From contig BQFW01000014.1 in the NCBI GenBank assembly GCA_020891255.1, positions 1,550,001 through 1,614,000 on the forward strand: 64,000 nucleotides of DNA, in the 5' to 3' direction. Each line of letters starts with the position of its first letter. The first letter of the stretch is position 1. The DNA comes from Entomortierella parvispora E1425. Taxonomy: Eukaryota > Fungi > Mortierellomycota. Position numbers and translations under genes: made by a program. A model generated the notes under the pieces. That model did no database searches. It was not told where the DNA came from and worked only from the letters and a program-made list of their open reading frames with translations. Positions 11,561 through 25,400 of this stretch are shown here, one piece after another.

Positions 11561-11795
11561 CTCGGCGATCTTTGGAATGCTGCGGCCAATCAGTTAGGAG
11601 CACCGTTGCAACCAACCGAGATTGGTCAAAGGGGGAATGGAATGGAAAGCAGAGGCGTCAGGGATGGAGACGGATTGGTTCTGCGTAGCAGGGTAATGTA
11701 GCGAGAGAGAGAGAGAGAAAGGGCAAACAGAAACGCGTTGGTGAATGGAGGAGAGAAAAAAAAAAGCGGGCACGTGATGTGCATCGCAAAAATAT

Positions 11796-14141
11796 TTATT
11801 GGTGGCGCTCGCCGATGCGCTCGCCCATCTTCACAAGAGTCTCGATGCCGTTCTTGGAGTTCTCGAGCAGGTCCTTGTCGAACGATACAGCTCCCTTCTT
11901 GAAAACCAGGATGCAGGTCGATCCACCATACGCGAAATATCCAAGCTCGTCTCCCTTTTGGACATGGTTGCCCACCTCCTGTGCGCCAGTCAGCTCGATG
12001 GATCCAACTAGAAATGTTGAAGACGAAACAACCGTTAACCAACATTGTCAGGAACACTTTTTTGACACGTGCACACATGCATCACAGTACAACATCGAAA
12101 ACAAGAGGGACACGGCAAAACACTTACCAAGGAGGGCACCAATTGAGATGAGCACGCATTTGTCAAAGGCCTCGTTCTTCTTTTCACCGCTCTGTTCGAG
12201 ATTGATCACGGACACCTTGCGGACATTCTCGGTGAAAACATCCAAGTCCTCGTTCACAGCCATTGGGTTCACAGTAAAGTACGTTCCGTCAATCTTCACG
12301 GGCGACTTTGCAATGGTACCCTGCACAGGACTGTGGAAACGATGGTAGTCCTGTGGCGCCAAGCGGAAGAGACCAATCGATCCGCCTTCAAACTCTGCGG
12401 CCAAGGCCTCGTCCTGAATCAGATTTTGAACCGAGAATGATTTTCCTTTGACCCAAATCTGAGTAGCTGCGCTGATCGACTCAAAGACACAGAGTCGGCA
12501 ATCTGCGCCTGACACAATAATGTTCTATTTCCAGGCCATAGATTGACAGAAACCACGAAATGTGTTAGAAGCGAAGAGACTTTGTAAGTCAAGTAAACTT
12601 GGTGTACAGCCTCGAAAGACTACTTACAGGATCCAACTTTTCATGAATGGGTCGCGCGTCTGCCTTCAACTTGCGAGAAAAGAAGTCGTTAAAGTTCTTG
12701 TACTGAGTAATGTCGGGCTGCAACAGCTCTGACAGATCCAGCTTGTACGTCTTGATAAAATGAGGGATCTGCGCCACGGACTCTGGTGCATCAAAGTGCT
12801 TGCCCTGGTTCAAAGACTCGATCGAGAACAAGTGTCGAATCTTGTGCGTGGCGAGCACTAGTCATTCATGATCAAGAGTCGAAGGGTCGTTAGAGGAGCC
12901 ATTCAGCGATACAATACGTAGCCTTTATGTCTCAGCAGTTCGGCAGTGGCTCATGGTACTCATTCCGAGCAACCTACACTTGTGATCAAACATGCAGGCA
13001 AAGATGAGATGCATTCCAATACGGGCATAGATGGGCATGTCCTCCCAGGTCTTCGTTCCGTTCTTTTTAAGAAGACGGCAAGTAGCAAAGAAATCAAAAA
13101 AAAAAAAAATCAAAAAAAAAAAAAATCATGATAGTTAGTTGTGGATCCTGCTTCTTCCTGTGCCTCGCTCGCCATTGAACGGCAGTGGCATTACCTCTCG
13201 GTCAGTGATGACATAGTTGCCGAAATGGTGCTCGCTGGACAACTTCTGGACCCAGTTGAGGGGAATGGTGGCGTGGTACCACTTTTTGTGGTTTGCGCTG
13301 GTCAGGATTCCTCCCTCGACTGTACAACAAAAAGAAAAGAAAAGCCCAGTCAGCCACCAGAAGCAAATCTCCCGGCTCACAGACCCCCCTTCCTGCATGC
13401 CTCAGCCATTTTACGCCCGGTGATTGTTTTAGACTCAAGGCGTGATTGGGTGAAACTTACAAAGCTTGCCGGCCTCTTGCACTGCAGACGACTTCTCAAT
13501 CGAAGCAGAAAGGGCATGCTTCAGACCGTCGACATTCAGCTGCTCCAACTGCTCCTTGACAAACTTGGCATCGATTGTCTCTGGATAAGACGACGAAGAC
13601 GGGGTGGCAGGCGAGGCTGAAGACGACGGTGTCGATTCGGAGGACTGGACTCCAAAAGACACGGAGGAGGTAGTCTCTACGGAATCGACCGCGAGACCTC
13701 CCTCCGTCTGCTCTCGGATAGTGGTCGTGGTGGTGCTCTCCTTGCGAGTCAATGTTTCAAGCATTCGCTTGAATCCGCTGCGAACCCCATGACCCTCCGA
13801 GGAGGTTCTAGGCTTGTCGACTACAGGGGCAGCCGACTCTTTGTTCTCATGGAGACGAAGATTCTCTACAGAGTTCTCCAAGTCCTTGGTCTCGTCCTCC
13901 TGGTCATTGACGGCATGCTTATCAAAGCTGTCGGTGGTGGTGGTGGTGGTGATGGTCGTATAGGGCTCGCCATCCTGTCCAGTCTGGCCAGACTGAACGG
14001 TGGTGGTGGTCTCGACGGTTTCGTGACCTGGACGCGTCAATTTGTCTAAGAAAGTGAGGGAGTGAGTTTGACTGGCTTGTTTGCAATGAAGAGCAAACCT
14101 GGCTGGATTAGCAATGGGCTACCTTTGAATGTCTTGAGCAT
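11796..14141 (-). CDS. PSD2: Phosphatidylserine decarboxylase proenzyme (GGST type), multi-exon, with S/T-rich N-terminus and no visible C2 domain
   Basis: Exons encode FNDFFSRKLKADARPI, FRLAPQDYHRFHSP and GDELGYFAYGGSTCIL (self-cleavage motif). First exon MLKTFK splices in frame to DKLTRPGH; stop TAA at 11798-11796. Confidence 0.9.
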
Positions 14142-14873
14142 GGCGGAAATGGCGGGAATGGAGGGAGTGAGGAAAGTGGAGAAGAAAAGAAAGAAAACAA
14201 GAGCAAGAAGAGCAAGAGCAAGAGCAAAAAAAAAAGCGCCCTTATCAGGGCATCCACATGGCTTCCGACAGACACAGGGACAGGCACAGAAACACAAGGG
14301 GGCACAGATGCGCTCATCGACCCACAAAGGAGCGAATGATCATCCTTCTGTCGACAACGGACTCGATGCGGTCATATGCCGACCCTCATCTGTTGTGCTC
14401 ATGCTGACAGAGATGCTCCCTTGCTTACCCAACAACAGACCTTTTCGCTGCTCCAAACCACCGATTGGTCTTCGCCACTAGTGGAGTCCATCCCCCCAGT
14501 TGCGCCTTTTTTAGCGGTGTTTTCAACGGCTCTCGTGGGAAGAAGGATGATTGATGATCCTCAATTGCTCTGTCAGTGCAGTCCAATTTTGCCGCGCACA
14601 CACACCAACATGACATGTTCGTCGTCGTTGCTCAACAGACTTGTCTACCCTTGCATTACCATGGAACTGCGATTGTGCGGTGGGGGCTGTGCCCAAACTC
14701 ACTCTCAGAGAAGAAGAAAAATGGAGGGACAAGCTGGGTTTATGAGGAGCAAGCAGCACTGACCACTCTTCGACCAAAGACGAAAAGGGGCCAGACAATA
14801 TTAGGTGGAGTATGAAATAGATACAAGCAAAAACTACAGCGGGGGAGGGGGGGGGGAAGGTGTCAAGCAGCGT

Positions 14874-16225
14874 TCACGTCTTTCGGAAGAGAATAAAAAT
14901 CAGCGAGCATCCCAGGGGAACGCTGGCACCATGGATCCAGATCAAGGCGAACGCCTCACTTGCAGCGCTGTTGTTCAGGATCTGCATTCGGAAAATGGCA
15001 AAGAACAACATCATAAGGCCCATGATAGGCGAAAGACTGCCGCACAGAATCAGGATAGCACGCATGCGTTGGTACGTTGACTTGAGCGTGTTCAGTTGCC
15101 GCTCGTTGTCGTCCCTGTCAATATACTCGGAATTGCTGCCGATTCTGGAGGAGACTTTACCGACGCTGTCGTTGATGGACGCCATGTTGGACGAGATAAT
15201 TGTCAGCAGTTGCCTATTTCAATGAAGATCGACTATTGTTAGGTGTCCACTCGTTCTTTTCCTTTTTTTTTACAACCGTGCCACTTCCAGCTGGAGTCCT
15301 TACTTTCCAAAAAAGATGTACAGCAAAAAGATGATGGCCACCACAAAGGTCCAAACGCCGTACATGGCCGAAAGGATACCTCTGTAGAGTTTCGACTCGC
15401 CACGGTCAAAGGCTGCACCCGCGAGTGAGGCCAAGATCTGGTTTGTGACCAATGGCAGGAGGGTGAGTCCCAAGAGCGTAAAGTTGAGAACCATTGGCGT
15501 AGGCAAGTACACGCGCTTGGATTGCATTCTATTTGCTGCCTCCTTTTCATCCAATGTGCCTCCTGGAAGGACGCCGTCAAATTCTGCGCTTTGGGTGCTA
15601 CGTCGCTTCTTGTTTGATTGATTAGTAGAAAATGAGGCTGGTGTGGCATAGATGATCCCCACGAGATAGAACCCCATCGCCCCAGAGACAAACACCCAGG
15701 GAAGATCCGCCTAGCGTTGTAATAGCAAAGTGTTAGGCCTCAAAACGACATCTTTTGTATTCGCTGTCATCCAATCGTGGTAGGGCCAGTCCACTTACAA
15801 AGTTCTCGAGGTAGCCGCGCCTTCCCTCATTCACATCCACCAGGAGAAGGACTGAAAGCAGACATCGGACTGAGTTGATGGATGAGTTGCTGCGTTAGTT
15901 GGATCGTGTCACCAAACAAAAACTCCTGATTCTATAGGAAAACATGTGCCCTTCCCTCGCACTTACAGAAAAAATAACCCGCGCACCAAAAGACAAACCC
16001 TTCCGTTGGGCGCGGTCGGAACGCGCGATCGTTCCTGGAAAACTCCCAGATTTTTTGACCCTTCCACCAGATGTTGTGGATCAGGATACCGATAGATATG
16101 AAGAGAAAGAGAAAGGAAGAGATGATGTGGGTGGTGTACAAGAACGACACGTAGGTCGATCCTTCACAGTTGCCTTGGCTTTGAACGCGCCAATCGCAAA
16201 ACTCTGGTCGGACAACGGGTTCCAT
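14874..16225 (-). CDS. Orphan seven-transmembrane (GPCR-like topology) protein, at least 4 exons; 3' end uncertain
   Basis: ATG at 16225 (MEPVVRPEFCDW); GT-AG junctions at about 15966, 15800 and 15300; seven hydrophobic segments counted by eye, with a long polar loop between TM5 and TM6. Confidence 0.6.
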
Positions 16226-17769
16226 TGTCGGAAAGGGATTCGTGTTACCGGTGACTGTGGGGAAGGCGCCAGTCGCTACTGCAGAGAAAGGGGAAGTTAA
16301 GGTCGAGAATGACAGGAGGGGTGGTGTCAAGGCAGAGGAGATGCAATAGACTCGGGTAGGGAATGTATTATGTAACTAAGGGATGTGGGTTCTGCAGGAG
16401 AACTGGCGATCCAGGTGGGTGGAAGTTTGCTAGAGAAGGGCGGAATGCAGATATGAACAAGTAAGAAGGAAAGAAAAGAGAAGAAAGGCAAGGTATCAAG
16501 AAAGAGGAAGTACGAGAGAGAAAGAGGCGCAGAGGCGTAGTTGGACAAAACAGCAGCCACTGATTCTCGCGTTTTTTGAGGACAGCATCAAATATCGTGG
16601 CCACCGTACGAGATGACGAGGGGCAAGGAGATGGGACTTCAAAAAAGGGGTCGCAAAAAAGGTCAACAGAGCTCCTCATTTATGAAAGGTGGCCCCACTC
16701 CGTCAGTTGCCGACTTGGGCTATTATATCAACACAAAAGTAAGGGAGGACGAAATCCTTGTGCTCGTGGGTGAGGAAAAGGAAAGGGTGCGAGAGGAGGT
16801 GGTTGCCAGACTCAACAGGCGGAAGTGAAGGGGGTTGGGTCCGCCACTAAGGAGAAGGGAAAGCCGCGGAAAGCAGCTGGCTCGATAAACAAGGCAAGGG
16901 CCAGGACATGTGTGGTCAGGTAAAGCAAGGCAAGAAAAGTGGCAACAGATACAACAGTCCCAATTGAACGGTGCCAACATCGATCTACAAAAAAAATACC
17001 GGGGCAGGAGCAAGAGCACTCGGTCAACCACCTGTAACTTTGGCTCTTCTTGCCTCGCTTAGATACCAGGGGCTAATGCACCTGAGGGAATGCACAAGGG
17101 CAGTCTCTCATAAGCAAGAAAAAAAAAGGGTGCCCATGCGAGCTGGCAAAATGTGGTCTCTCTACAGGACAGGAGTGTCTCCTCAGTGCTCTTTCTTCCC
17201 TATCCCTGTTTCTTTCGTTTCGACCACCCGACTAAAAGACCGCACTTGCCAACCGACCATGATACTGGACAGTCTCCTTCCTTCTGAGGAAAGTCATGAA
17301 TGGAGAGACTAATATGCAAGACGGAGGAGGAGGAGGAGAGTCTCCACCATGCCAGAATGACCATAAGGGTTATCATTCGCCTGGTGTCTTGCTCTACCGG
17401 AAACTTGGTCTATCACCTACAAGGATAGCCCACAATGGACCCCGGGCTCATCTAACCTCCTCCCATTCTCGAATTGAGAGCAGCATCTTTGAGGATGTAA
17501 CAGACCAAAACAGAGATCACGGAGAGAGTGAGAATAGAAGTGGTTCGAGGCACGACAGATCGAGGCTATGAACACACTCTTCAGATCTAGATCCAGCATC
17601 CCCCATTCATTGAACCTACAACTGGGCAAGGATGTTGTTCAAAGCTTCAAGACGAGATATGTCCTATATTAGATAGACCGTATTATAAATAACAAACGAA
17701 AAGTTCGAAAGTGGCATCCTGAGTGGCATCATTTCCTCTCTCTGCAGCCTAAGTCCTTCACTTCATGTC

Positions 17770-20712
17770 CTATAGAGCTGCTTGCTCCTTCGCAAACTCG
17801 ATAAAGACCTGAGCCAGCGTGGTCTGACTGACAGAGTAATCTTCAATTCCAAGCTCATCGCGGCTCTGTTCAAACAACCTGAATAGTTTGGTCAGCATGT
17901 CCGTCGTCCTCTCGCCTTCAACGCGCGTCAACTCGTATTCAAGACTGGCCCCCAGAGCCTGAACCAACGTCACCCGTCCAGTTCCCACAGCTTGCTCCAA
18001 CGCCAAGGTCACATGGCTGTTACTACTGGCAGAGGTGGCAGCGTTGTAACGTGTCTTCACAACAACCTTGTATCCAGCTCCATATGTGTTCTTGAGTCGC
18101 TGTGATGTACCCAACGCCTGGATGTGTCCGTTCGTAATAATACCAATCCGATCGCACAATGCATCGGCCTCTTCCATGGAATGGGTCGTCAGAATCACGC
18201 ACGAGGTCCTCTTGAGCTTTCGAATCGAGTTCCAGATCGCTTGACGAATCGACACATCTACTCCAGTCGTAGGCTCATCCAAGAAGACAACCTTTGGACA
18301 ACCAATGACAGCCATGGCCAAACTCAATCGTCGCTTATTTCCCCCTGAGAACGTCTTTGCCAACTTTTCGCCTAAAGGTGCCAAGCCCATCTCATCAATC
18401 ATTTGTTGGACAGCCGGCTCAACGTCCTGTGGTGCAACACCCTTGATACGAGCAAACAACCTGAGGTGATCACGGACCTTGAGATTTGGCCAAAGAACAT
18501 CAAATTGAGGGCAGATACCGATCATGGTTCGCAAATCCTCATGGAACGGCGCAATAGGGAGACCCATGATCGTGCCCTTGCCAGAAGTTGGACCCTCTGC
18601 CCCTGTCAAGATCTTGATCGTCGTGGTCTTTCCTGCACCGTTTGGCCCCAAGTATCCAAAGCACTCGTTCTTCTTGAATGACAGGTAAACATCATCCAGA
18701 ATCACCAGGTCGCGTTTCTTGCTCTGAAGATGGAACACCTTGGACAGTCCAAACAGACGAACAGCATCCAGATCCTGATCACCAGCTGCTGCTGATCCCT
18801 TCAGTCGTAACGTCTCTTCCACAACCTCGACATCCCGCTCTCGGAACTTGCCGTCGAAGGTAACTGAGGTCTCCTGTCGACGAATTCCTGCAGTCTCGGC
18901 CTTCTTGTCTTCATGAGACTCGTACTTTGTTGGATCATTGTAGGCACTTCTCCGGAAAAAGAAATCAATTGGCGAACGGCGAGTTTGGATCAGGTTTTCG
19001 ATCCAAAAGATGAGTCCCAGATAGATGAATGTCTGAACCACAAAGAGAATCATGACACAGAAAGGCGGCTTGGTGATGTCAAAGGTATCCTTCATGGTGT
19101 AAGGCGAACCGGTCGTTTGAGCGACGGCGATGGCCGAGATGGACCGCTCCAAGGCAAAAGACGGCGCGATCAAGCCAACCAGTAGGATGGCCAAGAGGGA
19201 GGCGCCACCAAAGACAAACTGAACAAAGAAGAAAGGGATAAACACGATGAGCGACATGCCGATGCCAAGGACTTGACTCACAGACTGCTGGTTGTTGAAA
19301 AAAAGCGAAAGAAGGTAGCCAAAGGTGATGAAGGGGAATCCGGCGATGAGGAGGACGAGAAAGTATGGGACCCAGGATCCAGCGGTGATCATCTGTAGCC
19401 TGTGCTCACCCATGAGCACAAACGACATCACCACTGGGAACAGGTAACAAATCCAGTCGATGACAAAGCGGGCGAGGTAGTATGTCGAGGGCTTGACGCC
19501 CATGTTCTGGAGGTGCGCCTTCTGACCCTGCTCCTTCTCTTGGACGAGATTCGATGCCACAAACGTAGTATAGAACGAGAAAGCTACAATACACAGGATC
19601 ATTAGTCAACTGAAACCTGGGGTGGCCAAAAGTCCAACAGCCTGCATGGTACTCACCTAAAGTCAAGAATGCAGGCACAACATAGCTTGCGATATCTGTG
19701 TTCTCGCTGCCCTGTGCCGGAAAAGTCTGGAGGGTCAACAGGAATCTGAGTCCAAGAGCAGCCTCGGAGCCATTGGATCCACTGGTGGCGTCCACATTCT
19801 GAGTGAATTGATTCATTTGGCTCAGCATGAAGGGAATCGAATCATTCACCGACTGAGAGATGGTAAAGCCAAGGTCCACTGCGCCACTTGTCGAGGTTGA
19901 AGGTCCAAGTGCATCCATTTCAAATCCGAGTTGCGGGTCATAGTCCATCAGTGTCCTATTCTTCAGCATGTTCTTTGCATTCTGGTGCTCGTACGCCGCC
20001 ACGGCATCCATCGAGGGATAGTCGACAAAGTCTGGGTTGAAGACTGAATATACCTGCTTCAGGTTCTGCACCACTGAATCCGTCAAGTTGTCAAGGGCAG
20101 GGACGCTTTTGACAACAGGAAAGTACACCACGGGTGTGCTCACGTAGCTACCCGAGATCCCTGTCTCCTCCAGACTGAATGTTCGACTATGATGGATGAG
20201 TAAAAGAGAATAAGTACAATGTGTGTGTGTGTGTGTGTGTCTTCAACTTTTTTTTTTTGCGTCCTTTGTCATACTTTTCGATCTCGCCTGCCACAACCTC
20301 TGGGATGTTGCTTTGAATGCCGGCTGACTACCAGATCGTGATTGAAATTGCATCCCGTAAGTACTTAAAGTCTCGATTCCACGCGTTTGCAACAGAGGAA
20401 CTTTTTCGTGGACAGGTCCAACCAGCCTCAGACCCTAGGTAAGTTAAAAATGGACCAGGCTGCTGCAGCTCAACTTACAATTTGGATGGCAATCCCGATC
20501 ATAAGAAGAGGAATGAGAGCTCCAAGAACATACACGGATGGATTACGAGCGGAGACCATTGAGTTGTGAGAAACAAGGGCCTTGAAATGATCCCACTTTG
20601 TAGGCGTGATAGTGGCTTGGATGATATCCATGTCTTGAATATCATCGTGGTTGTCGCGATGAGAGTGGGGAGGAGGAGAGATGTCCCTCGGAGGAAGTGT
20701 TGGTGAAACCAT
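17770..20712 (-). CDS. Half-size ABCA transporter, C-half-like (TMD-NBD), copy 1
   Basis: ATG at 20712 (MVSPTLPPRD); WDHFKALVSHNSMVSARNPS; Walker A ECFGYLGPNGAGKTT; signature FSGGNKRRLSLAMA; Walker B VFLDEPTTG; H-loop LTTHSMEEAD. Exons splice in frame. Confidence 0.9.
20221..20240. repeat. (GT)10 microsatellite inside an ABCA intron
   Basis: gtgtgtgtgtgtgtgtgtgt; not seen in the matching intron of copy 2 (about 32290-32370). Confidence 0.9.
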
Positions 20713-21171
20713 GATACAGCGGGTATGGAGGGATCTGCGAAGTCGCAGGGAGGACTTGAAATGAGGAGAGGAGCAAAGGACGAAATGAAGACGGAGCGGG
20801 GCGACTGCTGGGACCAAGATTAAAGAAAGTGAGCGATTTATACATGGGAGCAGGGGGATCGATGGTTACTGTGGACATGTCGCCGTCCTGCTGATGTGAC
20901 CCAATGGCTCCTTGCTCTGTGGGGCGATGACGCACCCGGGTCACAAAACTCTGACCATCTGCGGTCGGACCATCTACTTTTGATACTCGTTCCTCCATGA
21001 TATCTTTTCATTGGCTAGGATACCTTTTCCTCTGCCCAATCGTAAAAGCTAGCCATGGCCCGTTGGAGAACGAATGGTCAAGAAAAGACCATGAACCATG
21101 TGGAAATACTGATGTCGATTTTTATGGAGGCCGTGAGTGTAGACCAACTCTAAACTTGTGGTCACTTGTGG

Positions 21172-21387
21172 TCCACGCGTTGCGAGGGAAAGGGGAGTAC
21201 ATCCTTCATGCATCGGGAAGTATCCTCAGTCGCAATATGGGCATTGCCACTTCGGGCCATTTGGCAAAGGCTCAGGCACCTCTACATTATGACCGGCACA
21301 TCCCAAGTCGCTGTTCTTCAAGTGCTTGGATCAGCTTAGTTTGATCAATAGTCCCTCCACGCGCCGCGTTTGCGAACATTCATTTGA
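21172..21387 (-). pseudogene. Frameshifted remnant of the glyoxylate reductase last exon
   Basis: Minus strand gives FANAARGGTIDQTKLIQALEEQRLG / AGHNVEVPEPLPNG / AHIATED..MK..LPFP in shifting frames, matching FVNTARGGIVDQSGLIRALKENRLGSVGLDVTVPEPLP...SEIAIEN...MKGERLPFP at 33514-33786. Confidence 0.75.
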
Positions 21388-22401
21388 TGCACAAAAGCAA
21401 ACTATCCAGCTTTGGCAAGAAAAAACTCTCGCTGGCAAAGAAATGCTCTTTAGAACAGAAAAGAAATACAGTCATCGACTTTTGGCAAACAGCAGAGAGT
21501 GGCTAGCTTTTTTTGACATTTGTGGAAGCGTGTATGTTCTTGAGCCTCCAAGAGAAATCGGCTGCATCGACGGACGAGGCCAAATAGAATGTCGGATTGA
21601 GCATCTTATCATGGATAACAAATAAGACCATTGACCAGTTCCAAGTATGAAAACAAGCAACTGGAGGCCCTGCTGGAGGGATACAAATAACTTTATGCCG
21701 TGGGACAACTTTGCCTAAACGGAGAAGGTTTCACAGCAGTCGGGTAACAAAAGGAGTTTTTCCACAGATGCGGTGTGACCAAGCTAGCCAAATTGCTCAA
21801 CACACGAACCCTCTTTGGATGTTGACAAGTCTCTCTCAGCCAGTCAAGATCAACGAAAGTAGATGCCCCCTATGCTTTAATCCTGTAGGAAAGCACAACC
21901 ACGAACGTGCGACTTTCATTGGCAACGCGGATCCAAGTAGCAACTTTTCTCACAAAATAAACAGGAACAGGAGTGCGACATGACGGACTAGAGCAATGTC
22001 CAGATCAATGTGTGAGGCAATTGAGCAAGGCAGTTTACAGCGGTCGACTTTGTACGGAGAAAACAAGGAAAGATGGAGAGAGAGCAACACGAGCCGATGA
22101 GCCGACACCTGCGGCCATGATCATCAAACGACGAGGCTGATACTAGGTCATCAGCGGTACTGAGTCACCCCAGAACGTGAGAGGAGGGAGAGATGTCCCC
22201 AGCTCTTGTTCTCGTTTGGGAGAAAGTCGACGGCAGCTGCACTGAAGACTGAATCGCTGGAGGGGATTCAATACGCGACAAAGGCGAGCCAAAAAGAGCT
22301 AAAAAGGACCGCCCCATCCTTCCAGTCGCCGCGCCGCCGCCCTTCAATCATTTTTGTGCCTCTCCCTGCTCTCTTTTCCTCTTCTGGACTCTCCCCTTTC
22401 A

Positions 22402-25400
22402 ATGGATTCGAATATAGAGTCATTCCCCCTCTCTCGATTTTTCCCTTCGGCATCCTCCGAGCAGCACTCCCTCCAAGAGTTCAACCCTCAAGACAACATA
22501 CCCCCCATGGATAGCGGCAATGACAGTGCAGCTCATCTGCCTTCTTCCTCCAGGCTCACTGCTCAGGCCGCCTTTGATGTTGTCTCTGAGCCATCAGCAT
22601 CAAAACAGCTTGTTGCTCTAGGCATCAAGAACGTCAAAGTCCGTACAAGAGACCTCCCCCAGACCATGTATGGCCCTACTGATACACGCTCCCTCTCTCT
22701 TACTCATGCCGTATGCTGTCTATCGTTCACTTATCGGTTGTCCATGTTCTTCTTTAATGGACCATCTCTAGAAATGCTCTGTTCCAGGTACATATCTGAT
22801 CCGTTGCCTGTACACACTATCGATGATTGTCACTGAACTCGATCTCTATTCCCTGCATAGCCTGTTTGGATGATGCTCGTCTTGGTCTTTCTACACCTGT
22901 CTGCGAAGTCTGCTCCCGACCGTATGTCTCTCTCCACTGTTGCCGTTGACATTCCCTCGTGCGCAAATCAAAAATTCTAATTTGCGCCACCAATCTTCTA
23001 TGCTTTAGACATGGCCGTCAAGGCCCTGCCTTTCCTTTCTGACGATACCTGCAAGTCGACCACAGACTGCACCTACTTTGGATACACCGGCATCCCAGCG
23101 ACTGACCCCATCATCGCAGAACTCACCAGCTTCTTCGCAGCCTCAGAACCCCAGTCCGTTGTTCCCAAGCTCTACGCGTCCGAGGCTGACATGAACAGTG
23201 CCTACGAGGCCTCGCCTGTCAACTTTGTGGTCGGCGTAGTCTTCTTGGGTCCATCGACCAATCTCAGTCTGCCATCCACAGCCGCAGGATCTCCATCAGA
23301 CTTGTATCAGTACACCATTCTCGCCAACCACACGGCCGCTGTCTACGACGATTACCTTGATACCCGATTTGCAACTGCTCAGGTACACTTCCGGAGATGC
23401 CGCTTCAATTGACAATGAGTTGAACGCACTACTACTGACCCATTGCTGTTAAACTCACCCACTTCCTCACTTTCGCTGCATGTAGGCTTATATCGAGCGT
23501 GCTGCCATTAACTTGCGCCGCAAAGCCAACAACAAGCCTCCACTCTCGTCGCCGTTGCCCTTGAAGATATCTCCCGAAGTGACGAACTCGGGCGCTGGCA
23601 GGACATTTATCTCCTACGCCAACTTTGTCGGGCTTGGATCGTCCATCAACTCAAGTTTGAACCCATACTATATCATCTTTTGCTTCCAGGCCGTATGGCT
23701 GGGTGTCCTCAGCATTCTCGTCGTGGAAAAGAAGAAAAAGATTCGCATGGCCATGACCATGATGGGCATGACCCAGAACCCGTACCTTGTTTCTGTCTGG
23801 TTGATGCAAAAGTAAGGTTCGGACCCACAGCCACCATCACCACTGTACTCAATTGCTGCTTCCTGCTGTTTGACACCAAACTGACGTTGACGTTTTTATT
23901 TTCATCTTCTACCAATAGCATCCAGAACTTGGTGACCTGCGCGCTCATGGTCTTTATCCTTTTTGTAGGAAAGATCTTCAGCTACACGAACGCATTCATT
24001 GTGTACCTGCTTCTTATCCTGTTCTCTTTCAACGCTACCGCATTCGGATCCATTGCCGCCGTCGCTGTTCCAGATCCCAAAAAGACAAATCAGGCGTCGT
24101 TTTTGATCCTCATTTTGACCGTTGGAAGCTACGGCATCTGTGCAGCTTTGGTCTTCGGCAGTGGTAAGGTCTTGAACCCGACGACCGAGACCCTCCTGTT
24201 CCTTATCCCCTCAGTTGCTTTGGGACGAGCCATCAGCTATATCACCGGTATTGAGGCTGCACTCGGCGGTGTCACCTTTGAAAATATCTCGACAGGACCC
24301 TGCGGCAAAGCGCTCTGGATGATGGCTTTGGACTGCATCATCTTTTACTTTTTGGCATGGTATTTGGATGCAGTGTTCCCCGGAGAATTTGGCAACCCTT
24401 TGCCATTCGACTTTTTGCTCCGACCAAGCTACTGGGGCCTTGGACAGTACCAAGGAGGGGAATCAGCTATGAACCCCGCGCCTCTCTCCAGCCCCACTAC
24501 TCACAACCTGGATCCATCAGATGACAGTGATCACGTCGATATGTTTGAAGAGACGGACATTTCTCGTATCGCGCCTGCAGATCGCAGTATCATTCAAGTC
24601 AGAAACCTTCGAAAGTCATTTGATACCGCGATAGGTTTGGGTTATAGTATCCCTCTTTTTGGACTCCTTTTCCGTGTGCTCATCCCGCCCAAGGCATCGC
24701 GGACCAGGGGTCTCTTCAAGGGATCGCAGAAGCAAGAAGTCGTCGAGGGATTGAATCTGGAGGTCCACCGTAACGAGATTCTTGGATTCTTGGGCCATAA
24801 TGGCGCTGGCAAGACTACAGCGCTCTCGATTATCATGGGCATGTTAAAGCCTAGCTCAGGATCCATCACCGTCAACGGTCATGTTTTGCCAGGGAGTGAC
24901 GGGATCGCCCAACGGGACATGGATCTCAGAACCTTGGGCGAGGTCCAGAAGCTGATGGGTGTCTGTCCCCAACACGACGTCCTTTTTGATACCCTCACTG
25001 CTTGGGAGACTGTCCAGCTCTATGCAACGATCAAGGGTGTCAGAGTTTTGGGTCACAAGGGTCGGGACACGCAAGACATACAAGCGGACGAGAAAGCACT
25101 CTTGGAAGAATACTTGGACCACCTGTTGGATGATGTCTACCTCAAGGAGAAGAAGCATGAGCGTGTTCAGACCTATTCTGGTGGCATGAAGCGCAAACTC
25201 AGTGTGGCGCTTGCTTTCCTCGGCGATCCAAAGGTTGTGTTGTTGGATGAGCCCACGACAGGAATGGATGTGTTTACACGAAAGCAGGTTTGGCAATTGA
25301 TGCAGGACTCCAAGGCTGGTCGCGCCATTCTCCTGACAACCCACTCGATGGAGGAGGCCGATGCTCTCGGGGACCGAATCGCCATTCTTTCCCACGGTAA

